64,000 bases of DNA, from assembly GCA_951406725.2 (NCBI GenBank), contig OX597822.1, forward strand, positions 76,570,001 to 76,634,000, read 5' to 3'. Shown one piece after another: positions 27,320 to 39,706 of this stretch. This DNA is from Octopus vulgaris. Taxonomy: Eukaryota. Under the pieces are notes generated by a model that saw only the letters and a program-made list of their open reading frames with translations, did not search any database and was not told the DNA's origin. The position numbers were made by a program, and so were the translations under genes. The number at the start of each line of letters is the position of its first letter. Positions within the stretch are counted from its first letter, which is position 1.

Positions 27320-27728
27320 TAGGTGTAGGAGTGGCTGTGTGGTAAGTAACTTGCTTACAAACCACATGGTTCTGGGTTCAGTCCCACTGCATGGCACCCT
27401 GGGCAAGTGTCTCCTACTATAGCCTCGGGCTGACCAAAGCCTTGTGAGTGGATTTGGTAGATGGAAACTGAAAGAAGCCCGTCGAATATATGTATATATG
27501 TATATGTATGTGTGTGTGTATATGTTTGTGTGTCTGTGTTTGTCTTCCCACCATCGCTTGACAACTGATGCTGGTGTGTTTACATCCCCATAACTTAAGG
27601 GTTCAGCAAAAGAGACCGAGAGAATAGTACTAGGCTTACAAAGAATAAGTCCTGGAGTCGATTTGCTCGACTAAGAGCGGTGCTCCAGCATGGCCATGGT
27701 CAAATGACTGAAACAAGTAAAGAGTAAA
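27320..27728 (+). mobile_element. SINE family 1
   Basis: Full head, core and tail. Confidence 0.9.
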
Positions 27729-28034
27729 GTTCAGAATGACAAGTTATATCAGCTAAAATAATCAGACATGCATCTCACAACTATGTAGAAGTCTCTGTTA
27801 TCCTACTTTATTGTCGTTTAACGTCCGCTTTCCATGCTGGCATGGGTTGGATGGATTGACTGAGGATTGGTGAGCCGTGAGGCTGCACCAGGCTCCAGTC
27901 TGATTTGGGAAGCTGGATGCCCTTCCTAACACCAACCACTTCAAAAGTGTAGTAGGTGCTTTTTATAGGTCGTTCACTTCACCTTAAATGACAAGAATTA
28001 CATTATAATAAAAACCCTAACCTGATCCAACAGG

Positions 28035-28360
28035 GTGCAAAGCTCAATGATCAGAGAGTCTCTTCAGTTCAAGCTGCTACTTCTGAGGTACTACAGCTCT
28101 GGTACTACAAACATGTGACTACAATGTTGCAGGGAAGAATCACTACATGGATTCTTTGAGCCAAACGAACTGGCTTGAGACCTGGGGGTAGACCAAAAAT
28201 GAGATAGTTGGACAATATCCATAGTCTCAGTTGGTCCTTATTAGGAATCCAGCAGGAAAGTGTAATGATGGCTGCTTTTCATAAGACCCTATGGAGAAGG
28301 TGCCTGAGGGTCCAAGCCCTCAGCCCATATGACCATCTTAAGAATAGTGGGCAGAGAACG
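28035..28360 (+). mobile_element. RTE (Expander/Rex3-like) LINE 3' fragment
   Basis: IRESLQFKLLLLR..QLWYYKHVTTM..GLRPGGRPKMR*LDNIHSLSWSLLGIQ..LWRRCL. The same family is at 37490-37750(-). Confidence 0.75.
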
Positions 28361-28819
28361 GCACAGATCAGTGGAAATTAAATGACAAAAGATTTTAAAC
28401 ATTTTAGCATTTGGTATCTGATAGATAATGACTAGAAACTAGCTTCTATGTTTATGTTCTAACAGAAACCCTGGGTCTCTGTCAGTTATGATGACAAAAA
28501 TGTTTCAGTTGATCTGATCAACTAAACAGCCTGCTCATGATATTGACATGAAAATGGCTGAGCACTCCATAGACATGTGTATTCTTTATGTTGTTCTCAG
28601 GGAGATTCAGCATTAACAGAGGATGTGACAAGACTGACCCTTTGAATTACAAGTAGAACTCATTTTTGCCAGTTGAATGAACTGGAACAGTGTGATGTAA
28701 AGTATTAAGACTACAATGCACCACCAGGAATTGAACTTATGACTTTACGATCATGAGCTGAATCCCCTAACCATTAAGCCATCCACCTTCATTCTGTGTT
28801 GAAGAGAGGAACCTTTATC

Positions 28820-28980
28820 AACATTTTGACAACAATATTTTGATAACAGTATTTTGACATTTTGATGACAATATTTTGACATTTTGACAACAGTACTTTG
28901 GCGACAGTATTTTGATGAGAACATTTTAATGACAATATTTTGACAATATTTTGACAACAATATTTTATATCAAATATTGA
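28820..28980. repeat. Short degenerate minisatellite (AATATTTTGAC-type units of 8-14 bp)
   Basis: About 11 imperfect ATTTTGA(C/T) units in tandem. Confidence 0.85.
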
Positions 28981-29469
28981 AGACAGAGAGCTTCTAACAA
29001 TGTGAAAAGGGGAAGTTATGTAAACTTTATATATTACCCATTCAGCAGTCATCATGGAAGAATCAACATAAACTCACATTTCTTTGAGCCGTTCACTTCT
29101 TAGGAAGGGCCTTTGAGCCTGAAATACATAAAGATTACTTAACTTCCCCTTTTACCATCATTAGAAGCTCTCCATCTTCATTGCTTGTTATTTTACTTCA
29201 ATATTTTAGTTGCTTTTATGGCAGCTAGCCAGCAGAATCGTTACTGCACCAGACAAAATGCTAAGCGACATTTCTTTTGACTTTACATTCTGAAATCAAA
29301 TTCCACTGGAGCTAACTTTGCCTTTCATCCATTCGGGGCGCAATAAAATAAGTGCCAGTTGCACACTGGGGTCATTGTAATTGACTTGACCCCTTCCTCA
29401 AATTTGCTACCCTTGTGCCTAAATATGAAACTAGTGTCTTATATGCTTCTGAACTGCATAGAAGTACCC

Positions 29470-29965
29470 TTAAATTGTTGGGCAATGTGTCATGCTTGAG
29501 AAGGCCTGTTGAGTAAAGTGAAATCATGGTTGTGGTTGATGCTTGTGTTCCTTGACTGGCACCTATGCTGGTGGCATGTAAAAAGCACCATTTGAGCATG
29601 GCTGATGTCAGTGCCAGTGGCACATAAAATACACTATTCGAGTATGGCCGATGCCAGTGCCACCTGAGTGGCTCCTGTGATGGTGGAATGTAAAAGGTAC
29701 CATTCGAGCAAGGCTGATGCCAGTGCCGGTGGCACATAAAGAGCACCATTTGAGCATGGTCAATGCTAGATCCACCTGACTGGCCCCTGTGCCAGTGACA
29801 TGTAAAAAAGCACCCACTATGCTCTCAAGTGGTTGGTATTAGGAAGAGCATCCAGCTGCAGAAACCTTGCCTGGTGCAGCCTTCCAGCTTTGCCAGTCCT
29901 CAGTCAAACTGTCCAGCTCATGCCAGCATGGAAAGCAGATGTTAAACAATGATGATGAAGATGAT
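29470..29965 (+). mobile_element. RTE LINE 3' UTR with internal tandem subrepeats and a (GAT)n tail
   Basis: Repeated GTGGCAC/TRTAAAAAGCACCATTYGAGC units, then GGTTGGTATTAGGAAG.GCATCCAG...GTTAAA(GAT)n. Similar to 39300-39705 and 43250-43655. Confidence 0.75.
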
Positions 29966-30092
29966 GTATGGCTTTTTAGAATAAATATACTGTTTTACTG
30001 CAACTATTAATTAGCAGCTCCTGCTTCAGATAAATTTATATTTTGAGTGGTTAAATATACAGAGTAACTATCTAAAAAAAAAGTTATGGTAA

Positions 30093-30510
30093 TAGGTGTA
30101 GGAGTGGCTGTGTGGTAAGTAGCTTGCTTACCAACCACAAGGTTCCGGGTTCAGTCCGGCTGCATGGCACCTTGGGCAAGTGTCTTCTACTATAGTCTCT
30201 GGCCACCCAAAGCCTTGTGAGTGGGTTTGGTAGACAGAAACTGAAAGAAGCCCATCGTATATATGTATATATACATATATATCTGTGTGTGTATATGTTT
30301 GTGTATCTGTGTTTGTCCCTCCAACATCACTTGACAACTGATGCTGGTGTGGTTTATGTCCCTGTAACTTAGTAGTTTGGCAAAAGAGACCGATAGAATA
30401 AATACTAGGCTGACAAAGAATAACTCCTGGGATCGATTTGCTCGACTAAAGGTGGTGCTCTAGCATGGCCACAGTCAAATGACTGAAACAAGTAAAAGAG
30501 TAAAAGAGAA
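30093..30510 (+). mobile_element. SINE family 1
   Basis: Full head, core and tail. Confidence 0.9.
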
Positions 30511-31113
30511 AGTAATTATCTAGAAAAAAAAAGAGCCTATGGTAATATCTTTTGTCACATTAGGGACGCTAATTTATCTTTGGGGTGGGAACTGAACTTA
30601 TCACCAAAGAAAGGAATAAATTCATAAAAAAAAACAAGACAAAACCCATTATTTGTTTTAGTTCATTATCTCCCAAGGGTATAACATTGTATTCTTCATA
30701 ACAGATGATAATGATTTTGAAAACCAGAAATCCAATACCAAATCGAGTTAATTATGCAGAAATAAATTACATTTAATTAGATTTACCAAGTTTTGGCAGA
30801 AACCAATGAAAATTACTTGTTTATTGTTTAGTATTTTTTAATTTTTTATTTGTAACAGTCGTTGGTCTGTGGCTACACTGGGGCACTACTCTGAAGGGTT
30901 TTGCTCAAAGAATTATTGATTCTTGAACCATTTTTTTTTTTATTGTTTTGAAGCTTGTAACTTATTCTATTGATCGCTTTTAGTTCAACACAAAGTTATG
31001 AGAATGTAAACAAACCAACAGCAGTTGTCAAGCAGTGGTGGGGATGAACACAAACACACATACATATAAGTATGCAAGAATATGTGTGTGTGTGTGTATT
31101 TATATATAAATGT

Positions 31114-31390
31114 ATATTTTATTGTGTCTGGGGAGGGTCATTCCCTTTTAGTGCCTTATTACTTAACACGCACACACACACAGAAGTTCGTTTGTGAATT
31201 TGTCAACAATTATTGAAAAAGTTGCAAGATACATCGAAAATTTTAGAAAAAATAAATAAGTAAATGAATGGAAATCGAACCTGTGTGTGTGTTAAGTAAT
31301 TAGTTACTAAAAGAAGAATGACTATCCTCAGACAATAAAATATGCTTCAACACACAAATTCACATGCAAACCAAATACAAAAACAATGTA
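31114..31390. mobile_element. Fold-back element with arms of about 70 bp and a one-sided tail
   Basis: atatttttattgtgtctggggagggtcattcc...acacag is inverted relative to ctgtgtg...gaatgactatcctcagacaataaaatat (to 31343), followed by about 45 bp of unique tail. Confidence 0.7.
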
Positions 31391-31749
31391 TATATGTATA
31401 TCTAGCTATCTATATGTGTGTGTGTGTATGTATATGTATGTATATGATGAGCTTCCTCACAGTTTCCTTCACAAAGGCTATAATAGAAGTCACTTATCCA
31501 AGGTGCCATGAAGTAGAACTGAACCAAAATCCATGTGGTTACCAAGCAAGATTTTTTAACCACAAGTGAATTTAGGACCATATTATTCAACATATAATGT
31601 AATATAATTTGATGGAAATTGGTTACTATTTCTAGCAAACAGAGCAACCATATGCAGCTTATTTCATTGTTTGTGGTTTGTTTGATATAAAAAGAAACTT
31701 GAACTGATCTAGTTTAGCCTGAGATGACCCCAATTTATATTTATCCAGA

Positions 31750-32162
31750 TTAACTAAACCTTTTTATTTCCAACCTGGCTGAAACCACTTCTGGCTCTAA
31801 GTACACTAGCTGAATGATAACTAAGTTATTTTACTAAATTCTTTGTTATATTTAAAATTAATTGAAAGAAACACAGATCTGCTCAACAGAAATATGGTAA
31901 CAAAAGTGTTAAAATATATAATAGAGAAACAATTCTTAACCCTTTTGATAACAACCCAGCTGAAATCATCTCTGGCTCTGAATACAAATGTCATGTTTTC
32001 AAAAGTTTTGATTAAAAATCTTCCACCAAACCTTAGTCACAATTTATGTTCCTAACACTAGCTGAATGATAACTACGTTATTTTACTAAATTCTTTGTTA
32101 TATTTAAAATTAATTGAAGGAAATAGAGCATCTCAAAATAAATAGAATAATGAAAGGGTTAA
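31750..32162. mobile_element. Two tandem piggyBac-like MITEs (TTAA-CCCTTT...AAAGGG-TTAA)
   Basis: The second copy (31936-32162) has TTAACCCTTT and AAAGGGTTAA ends. An internal block is shared with the first copy. Related ends at about 14797, 17875, 21847 and 49427. Confidence 0.7.
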
Positions 32163-32209
32163 TATGTTTCAGAGAAGGGGTACAATATCATTCTAGAAAT
32201 TTTTGTATT

Positions 32210-32612
32210 GGTACAGGCCTGGTTGTATGTTAAGAAGTTCATTTCCCAACCACAAGGTTCTGGGTTCAGTCCCATCAGGTGGCACTCTGAACAAGTGTTT
32301 CTACAATAACTTCAGGCTGACAAAAACCTTGTGAGTGGATTTGGTAGATGAAAACTGAAAGAAGCTTGTCATACATACATACATACATACACGTGTGTTT
32401 CTTGTGTCCCCCACAGCCACTTGACAACCGGTGTTGGTGTGTTTACATCCCTGTAACTTTGCAGTTCAGCAAAAGATATCAACAGAATTAGTTCCAGACT
32501 TAAAAAACGTAAATAAATAGATAATAGGTATTGGAGGTGGATTCATTCAAATAAAAATTCATGAATGCAGTACTCCAGCATGGCCACAGTCAATTGACTG
32601 AAACAAGAAAAA
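32210..32612 (+). mobile_element. SINE family 1 (older copy)
   Basis: Diverged head, core and tail. Confidence 0.8.
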
Positions 32613-32886
32613 GACAGTAAGAGATGAAGTGAAGCGGAAATGATCCAGACCATGAGTAACCTAGAAAATTCTAGAATCTTCTCCGTTGGATTAGATAATC
32701 CAAGATGGTCAACTTTAATCTGAAAGCTTATAGATTAGCCTGCAGCATTATCTGCATTGGTTTGAATGGCGTCAATGCACTGCATGAGGCGGCAAAGGAA
32801 AAACTTATTCGCAGCTGAATGGACCTGATTAGCTCATGCTGACAGGCTGAGTAAATTGTATATAGAAACATTAATAGCAACCAACT

Positions 32887-33410
32887 TTGATGATGGTGTT
32901 GATGTTGGTGGTGGTGGTGGTGGAGGTGGGTGATGGTGGTGATGATGACGATGGTGGTGATGGTGGTGGTGGTGGTGGTGGTGATGGTGGTGGTGGTGAT
33001 GATGGTGGTGGTGATAGTGGCAGCTGTATTAATAATAGTGATGAGATGGTGGAGTGTAATGGTGTGGGGTGGGTGAAGTTGATGATGGTGGTAATAAAAA
33101 CGATGATGTGTGATGATGATGATGATAATGATGATGACGATGATAATGGTGGCAATGGTGGTATGGTGGTGAAGTCGTGGTGGCGACAATGGCAGCGATG
33201 ATATTGCTAATAGTAAAGATGAGGAGGAGGGTGACGGTGGGATGGTATGATGGTGGATGAGGGTGGTGCTGGTGGTGGTGGTGGTATTGATGGTGGTCAC
33301 GATGGTGGAAGGTGGTGTTGGTGACAATGGCAGTGATGATATTAATAATAACAAAGAGGTGGTGGTGGTGGTGGCAGTGATGATGGGGACGATAAAGATG
33401 ATGGACATGA
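32887..33410. repeat. Degenerate (GGT/GAT)n tract
   Basis: Seen directly. Confidence 0.9.
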
Positions 33411-33755
33411 TAAATTGACTTCTATCTATTTTCTTCCCAATCTTGTGAATATTTATGACTTCAATCATTTGTCAGCAAGCCTTATCTTTCCAATATTCCA
33501 ATCATCGTTGCAATTCCACATCCTTCTGTCTTTCTTTTCTTTCTTTTTCTTTCTTTCTTTCCATATTTTTTTCTTCTTATTCCACTCTCCATTGCCATCC
33601 TTCCTTCCTTCCTTTATCTATTTATCAATTTATTTATTTATATTTATTATTTTATTTCTAGATTGTTCCTTGTTGACATTAATATTTCTGAAAATATTCA
33701 TGACATAGTAGGCGCTGGTCATTCATTTATATGTGCAAAAGTGTGTGTGTGTGTA

Positions 33756-33786
<31 letters not shown>

Positions 33787-33857
33787 GTATTTATGTATAT
33801 ATATATACATATACATATATATGTATTTATATGTGTGCATGTATATATATGTGTGTA

Positions 33858-33900
<43 letters not shown>

Positions 33901-33995
33901 GTATGTGTGTGTATATATATATACAGACATGTATATATGTATGAATATGTGTATATATGCATGTGTATATATATATATATATATATACACATATG

Positions 33996-34038
<43 letters not shown>

Positions 34039-34794
34039 GTATGCATGTGTATGTATATGTGTGTGTGTATCTATATGTATGTGTGTGTATGTATGTATGT
34101 ATATATGGGCAAAGATTTATTTGCATGCAAGTACAAGAATGCATTATATAGTTTGTTTCGGACTCTAAATCACTGTGTATGGAGGATATATAAAGGGAAG
34201 CTTGATGCTAAAGATGGATGCACACTTTTACAAGTGTTTCTCTGCGTATTTTATGCTAGCAACTTGCTTTCACCAACAGAAGTGCATGAAATTATTTACC
34301 TATGCAACTATCATGGGGGCATGTAAATTTAAAGTGCTAATGTAAGCAGTTGTAATTGATATTTATAGCCTGAAAGGCTACTATATACTGGCTTTTGTGT
34401 GTGAAGCTTTGTAATATAATCCAATTAGAAGATTGAAGGAGAGTGGTAAAAAGACAGATGCGTGGGCAAGGTGAAAGGAGACAATGAGAGAGAGAGACAG
34501 AGACAGAGGGAAAATGGGAAAGAGGGTTTGTACTAATCTATCTTTCTGTCTCTGTCTATCTGTCTGTCTTTATCTCTCTCTCTCTCTCTCTCTCCCTATA
34601 TATATATCATCTTCATCATCATCGTCATTGTTTAATGCCTGCCTTCCATGCTAGCATGGATGGGATGGTTTCACAAAAGCTGTGACCAGGCAGAAGCCTG
34701 CACCAAACTTCTGTGACTGTTTTGGCAGGATTTTTACACCTGGATGCCCTTCCTATCACCAACCACTCATGCAAACACATATTTACATTATAAT

Positions 34795-34993
34795 TTAGGG
34801 TATCTAAGAGATAACACCATGCTGGAAATAGCAGTCAAAACTTGACTCTAAAACCACATTAAATATTCATACAGCACCAGGAGAGAAGACAAAGAGACAA
34901 AATAAACTAGCAAAAAAATTACTGGATAATTTGTCCTTTTGTCTTCTCTCCTGGTGCTGTATGAACATTTAATGTGGTTTTAGAGTCAAGTTT
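34795..34993 (-). mobile_element. Fold-back 3' end of family D with a one-sided tail
   Basis: Arms at about 34838-34901 and 34929-34993 are inverted. The tail (gactgctatttccagcatggtgttatctcttagatac on -) is shared with the copy at 35728-36090. Confidence 0.75.
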
Positions 34994-35727
34994 GCTTTCC
35001 AGTCACATGGTTTCAGATTCAATCCCACTGCATGACACCTTGGGCCAACCAAGGCCTTGTAGGTGGATTTGGTAGATGGAAACTGAGTGTGCGTATGTTT
35101 TTATGTCTGCTTGTCTTCTTTGCATTGCAAGATTGTTGCAAAGGAATTAACATTTATTTCCAATATTCTGCAAAAGCATGTTTGGATATGAAGAAATACT
35201 ACCTTGCTTTGAGACAGGTATGGTTTGGTGTCAGTGGTGGGGTCAACTGGCCACAGAAAAATCTACCTCAATAAAGCTCTATCTGACTCAGACAAGCATG
35301 AAAACGTGGACATTAAAAGGATGAATGAATAGGCTTCTTTTGTCGAACTGGAGGACATCACCCACTTTGGATTTTTACAGACTTTGGCCTCCATTCTGTT
35401 ACATTATTCTTCACACCTAATACATTAATTATGGTTTCTACAGTCAAAGAGGACAAAGACCCTGATTCTCTAACTTTTATTTTCCTTTTTCTTGTTCCAA
35501 TTTTTACATCAGCCTTCTTCACATTATTTTCTTCCCTTTTTTTTTATCCTGTCTTCTCATTGACCAGTATTCGGCTTTTTAAATACATCTAACATTATGA
35601 ACTGATCCTGAAAGGTTGCTTGGAGACACACAGCATCTTATATAAATCTGTCAATTTAATGTATCTCAAAACATGAAACTATTAGTAGCTCTTTTGTAAT
35701 TGTATTCATTAACTGATATATTAAAAT

Positions 35728-36090
35728 TATAATTAAGCGTATCTAGGAGATACCACCATGCTAGAGATAGCAGTCAAAACTTGATTCTGAAACCACATCA
35801 TTTATTTATAAAGCAGAAGGTGAAAAAACAAATAGACAAATAATCTAGCAAAAAAATTATTGGATAATTTCAGATCCAGATTTCTGGCTCTGTATAAAAG
35901 TATACTTTGCCTCATCAGTAGAATATACACAAATAGTACACAATTACATATATTACATGCTGGCTACTTGAAATGATCGTTATTTAAATAAGGTGTCGAA
36001 ACCATAATGATATCCATGGGGCAGCTGATGATGGAGGTATGTTGGATTGTTGGTATGGCTGTGGAATAGTATTATAACACTTCCTTTTGA
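35728..36090 (-). mobile_element. Family D element with a hammerhead-like core
   Basis: Minus strand ATTCTA-CTGATGA-GGC..GCC-A-GAAA-TCTGGA-TC-TGAAAT (35866-35924), then the same 3' region as 34795-34930. Confidence 0.6.
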
Positions 36091-36121
36091 TATATCTATC
36101 TACATATATATATATATAATT

Positions 36122-36916
36122 CACATGAATGTGCCTGCCTGCTAGACATAAAAATTAAAAACCCTCATTAAACCACCAATAACAACAGAAAACAACAGTA
36201 TTTAGCAAACAAATATACTAATACCAAGAAATATATAGCATTTTTTACATTTGACAGATATTTGTCCTCATCTTGTTTGTTGCTATCACAACATTTCAAC
36301 TGATGAATCCTGCAGCCTTCATCAGGGGTTTTGGGGAAATTTTGGACCTGGGATCTCATTCCTAAGGTATTTTTCAATGTTGTTGTTGTCATTATTATCA
36401 TTATTATTATTATTTAGGTCACTGCCTGGAATTGAACTCGGAATCTTGGGGTTAGTAGCTTGCACTCTTAACCAGTATGCCATGTGCCCATGGTCAATTA
36501 TGGCGTAGTGATTAAGAGCGCAGGCTACTAACTCCAAGATTCCGAGTTCGATTCTAGGCAATGACCTAAATAATAATAATGATAATAACATTCAAAAAAT
36601 ACCTTTGGAACAAGAACCCAGGTTTGAAATTTCCCCAAGACACTTGATGAAGGCTGGAGGGTATATCAGCCAAAATGTTTGTTAACAACAAACAAGATGA
36701 CAACAAATATCTGTCAAATGTAAATAATGTAAATAATGTACATAATTCCTCATCTCTTAAATATAGAACTGAAAAATATAGCAATCTACTATAGAGGTAT
36801 GTGACGAATATTTTTCGATACGTTTGCCCAAATACTGTTGTTATTTTCAGTGTTATTATTGGTGGTTTAATGAGGGTTTTAGCTCTTATATCTAGCAGGC
36901 AGGTACATTCATGTGT
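36122..36916. mobile_element. Outer fold-back element (arms of about 90 bp) hosting a family A insertion
   Basis: cacatgaatgtgcctgcctgctag...gtatttagcaaac (36122-36210) is inverted relative to gtttgcccaaatac...ctagcaggcaggtacattcatgtg (36822-36915). Confidence 0.8.
36241..36771. mobile_element. Family A fold-back element: head-to-head tRNA-like modules, each followed by (TAA)n and a hammerhead, with a tail of about 33 bp on one arm
   Basis: Arms 36241-36483 and 36499-36727 are inverted. A box TGGCGTAGTGA and B box GAGTTCGATTC. Hammerhead cores at about 36285-36330(-) and 36638-36685(+). Imperfect TSD a(t/a)atatagca. Confidence 0.85.
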
Positions 36917-37489
36917 CCTTATGATATGAATTTTAATTATCTGGCTAAATAAGGCTAATTTAGGTATGCAACCACTTATATTATTATTGCTGTTGCTATC
37001 AATTATTTATATTGCCCTTGATAATAATAACAACAATAATATCTAGATAAATATACACTCCTGAATATTTGCTCCGTATATTTATATTGCCAGAGCAAAA
37101 GAAACAGGGGAGCCTTCCCGAAACATTTCAAAGATGAGCTAAAATTCCAACACACCAGGGCAGGGATATGCCCCCCCCCCCCACACACACACACAGAGTG
37201 GGGATCACAAGTTGTGATAAGAATGCCCACAGACCTCTGCAAGCAATTTTGAGAAGAGCAGAATGACAGCTGTGGAAACACCAGAAAAGGAAAGATTCAT
37301 TGTCATGACCCCTATATAAGTGCACCAAAGCGTGTTGTTTAAGGATTGGTTTTCTGAGCAACTCAGAGGCTAACCATTCTTCTTCATGATCTTCAGACAT
37401 GAAGAACTGCCATACCACCAGTTCTACACTATTTCCTTTGCATGACACCAAACAAATGCACCAGAATCATTATTATTATATATTAGTGT

Positions 37490-37750
37490 TCACTCCATTC
37501 CTTCCTTTTCCTACCCACTATTCCTGGTGGGGTTGTGGGGGAAGAGTTTTATAGGCCCCTCCTTCATAAGGTCCTATCAGAAGCAACCATCATTACACTC
37601 TCTGACTGGATTGTCAAGTGTGATCAACTGAGACTATGGATACAATCTCGTTCTTGGTTCTATACCAATGTCTCTTGCCTTGGGTAGAAGAATCTGTCTT
37701 ATAATCCTTTACTGTGACATTCTAGTCATATCCCTGAAGTACTGGAGCTG
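37490..37750 (-). mobile_element. RTE (Expander-like) LINE 3' fragment
   Basis: QLQYFRDMTRMSQ*RIIRQILL...IHSLS*SHLTIQSESVMMVASDRTL*RRGL. Confidence 0.7.
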
Positions 37751-38664
37751 GCTTAGTGGTTAGGGTATTGGGCTCATGATCGTAAGATTGTGGTTTCAAT
37801 TCCTGGACTGGGCAATGTATTGTGTTCTTGAGCAAGATACTTCATTTCACATTGCTCTAGTCCACTCAGCTGGCAAAAGGGAGTAACTCTGCGATGGTTC
37901 GGTGTCCCATCCTGGTGGGGAATATACACACTTTGGAAACCGGAAAACCAGCCTTTATCTGTCGGCATGACTCAGAAACATAACTTTACCTTATCTAGCA
38001 CTGGAACTGTGAACTGACAATGTTGACAAATAGCAGTGTCAAGTCGTACATATAATGGCACAAGACAAGGAAATAATTACGAAGAACCAATAAAGAAAGA
38101 AGAAAGAAAAGTGTCTGGATTTGGCTTCTGTTTCTAGCAAATGATATAAAATACAGAGAGGTCCTTTCACTTGGCAGCTTTGGTTCAAACAAAATCATTG
38201 AAATGAAAAGTGGTAAAGACTTTACTAAATGTTTATGGTTAATGAAACTATTTCTGTATACGAAGCAAATATAATTGAATTTCATTGATAAATGTTGATG
38301 GAAAGGTGAAATGTAGCTTGTATTAAATCAACGGCGTTCGTCATTGGAACAAATGTATTTATTGGGTGATTGCTGCAGTGTTAAACTTGTGTATTCAAAG
38401 TAAAAAAAAAACAAAAAGAAAAAAAGAAGGTATAAATATATCTGTGAAATAGTGATAATGAAGATGATGATGATGATGATGATGATGTGTGTGGCAGTGT
38501 CTGCATATGAGCTCAGCAAATTGAAATCAGCTATGTTTTCTTTTTAAAGATGAATGCAACATCAATGGGATGGCTTCAGGTGGAATGATGCCAGCTCTTG
38601 TATGTACATTGAATTGAAAAGATAGATAATGTCTCAACAGAAAATAAATTCTTTTAATTGTTTC

Positions 38665-38707
<43 letters not shown>

Positions 38708-38989
38708 AATATATATAAACATACAAACACACACACACACATACATATATATATATGTATGTGTGTTTATATATTAGGAAAACAGAATGAGCAAGCAAAA
38801 CAAATGGTGTCGTTTCAAAGCATGTAATTTATAAATTCAGACATAATTATAAAAACATAATTATAGAATCGCTATAATAAATAAAGAATTTTAAAATACT
38901 GTGTAAAATCCCTTACAGCTGTTTCAAGAAGAGCTGACCATATGTCATTGTGCATACATATTACATTAAGTCATTAGACAGAATTTTTG

Positions 38990-39706
38990 TTGAGGCCAGT
39001 ATGCTTCGCTGGATGTGCAATATTAGTGTGCATGTTCAACAGAGTGTAAGCATCTTGAGAGAAAAGTTGGGCATTAGAGATATCAGATGCGGTGTGCAAA
39101 AGAGATGACTGTGCTGGTATGGTCATGTGATGTGTATGGACAAGGACAGCTGTATAAAAAAAGTGCCGATCTGTAACTGTTGTAGAGGTAGACCCAGGAA
39201 GACCTGGGATGCAGTGGTGAAATATGATTTTCGAACTTTGGACCTCACAGAGGCAATGGCTAGTGACTGAGACCTTCAGTGATATGCTGTGCTTGAGAAG
39301 ACCCATCAAGCCAGCCAAGTGAAATCATTGTTGTGGCTGATGCTGGTGTCCCATAACTGACACCTATGCTAGTGGCACATAAAAAGCACCTTTTCAGCAT
39401 TGGGCCTCACAAAGGCAAAGTGGCTGAGCTCCTTTCGAGTGTTGGGCCTCACAGAGGTATTCACTAAGACCTTTGGTACTATGTCATGCTTGAGAAGAAG
39501 ACCATCAAGCCAAGCAAAATTACAGTCATGGCAGATACTGGTGTCACACAAATAGCATCGCTGCCAGTGGCACATTGAGCATCCATTACATTCTTGGAGT
39601 GGTTGGTGTTAGGACGGACATCCAGCCATAGAAACCTTGCCAAATCAGACTGGAGTTTGGTACAGCCTTCCAGCTTGTCCAATGGACATTAAATGATGAT
39701 GATGAT
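38990..39706 (+). mobile_element. RTE (BovB-like) LINE 3' end with UTR and (GAT)n tail
   Basis: EASMLRWMCNISVHVQQSVSILREKLGIRDIRCGVQKR*LCWYGHVMCMDKDSC...GRPRKTWDAVVKYD. Confidence 0.88.

Noticed and set aside
36499-36567. tRNA gene
   Set aside because: A and B boxes are present, but no proper acceptor stem is evident and it is part of a repeated element. The same applies to all SINE heads here.
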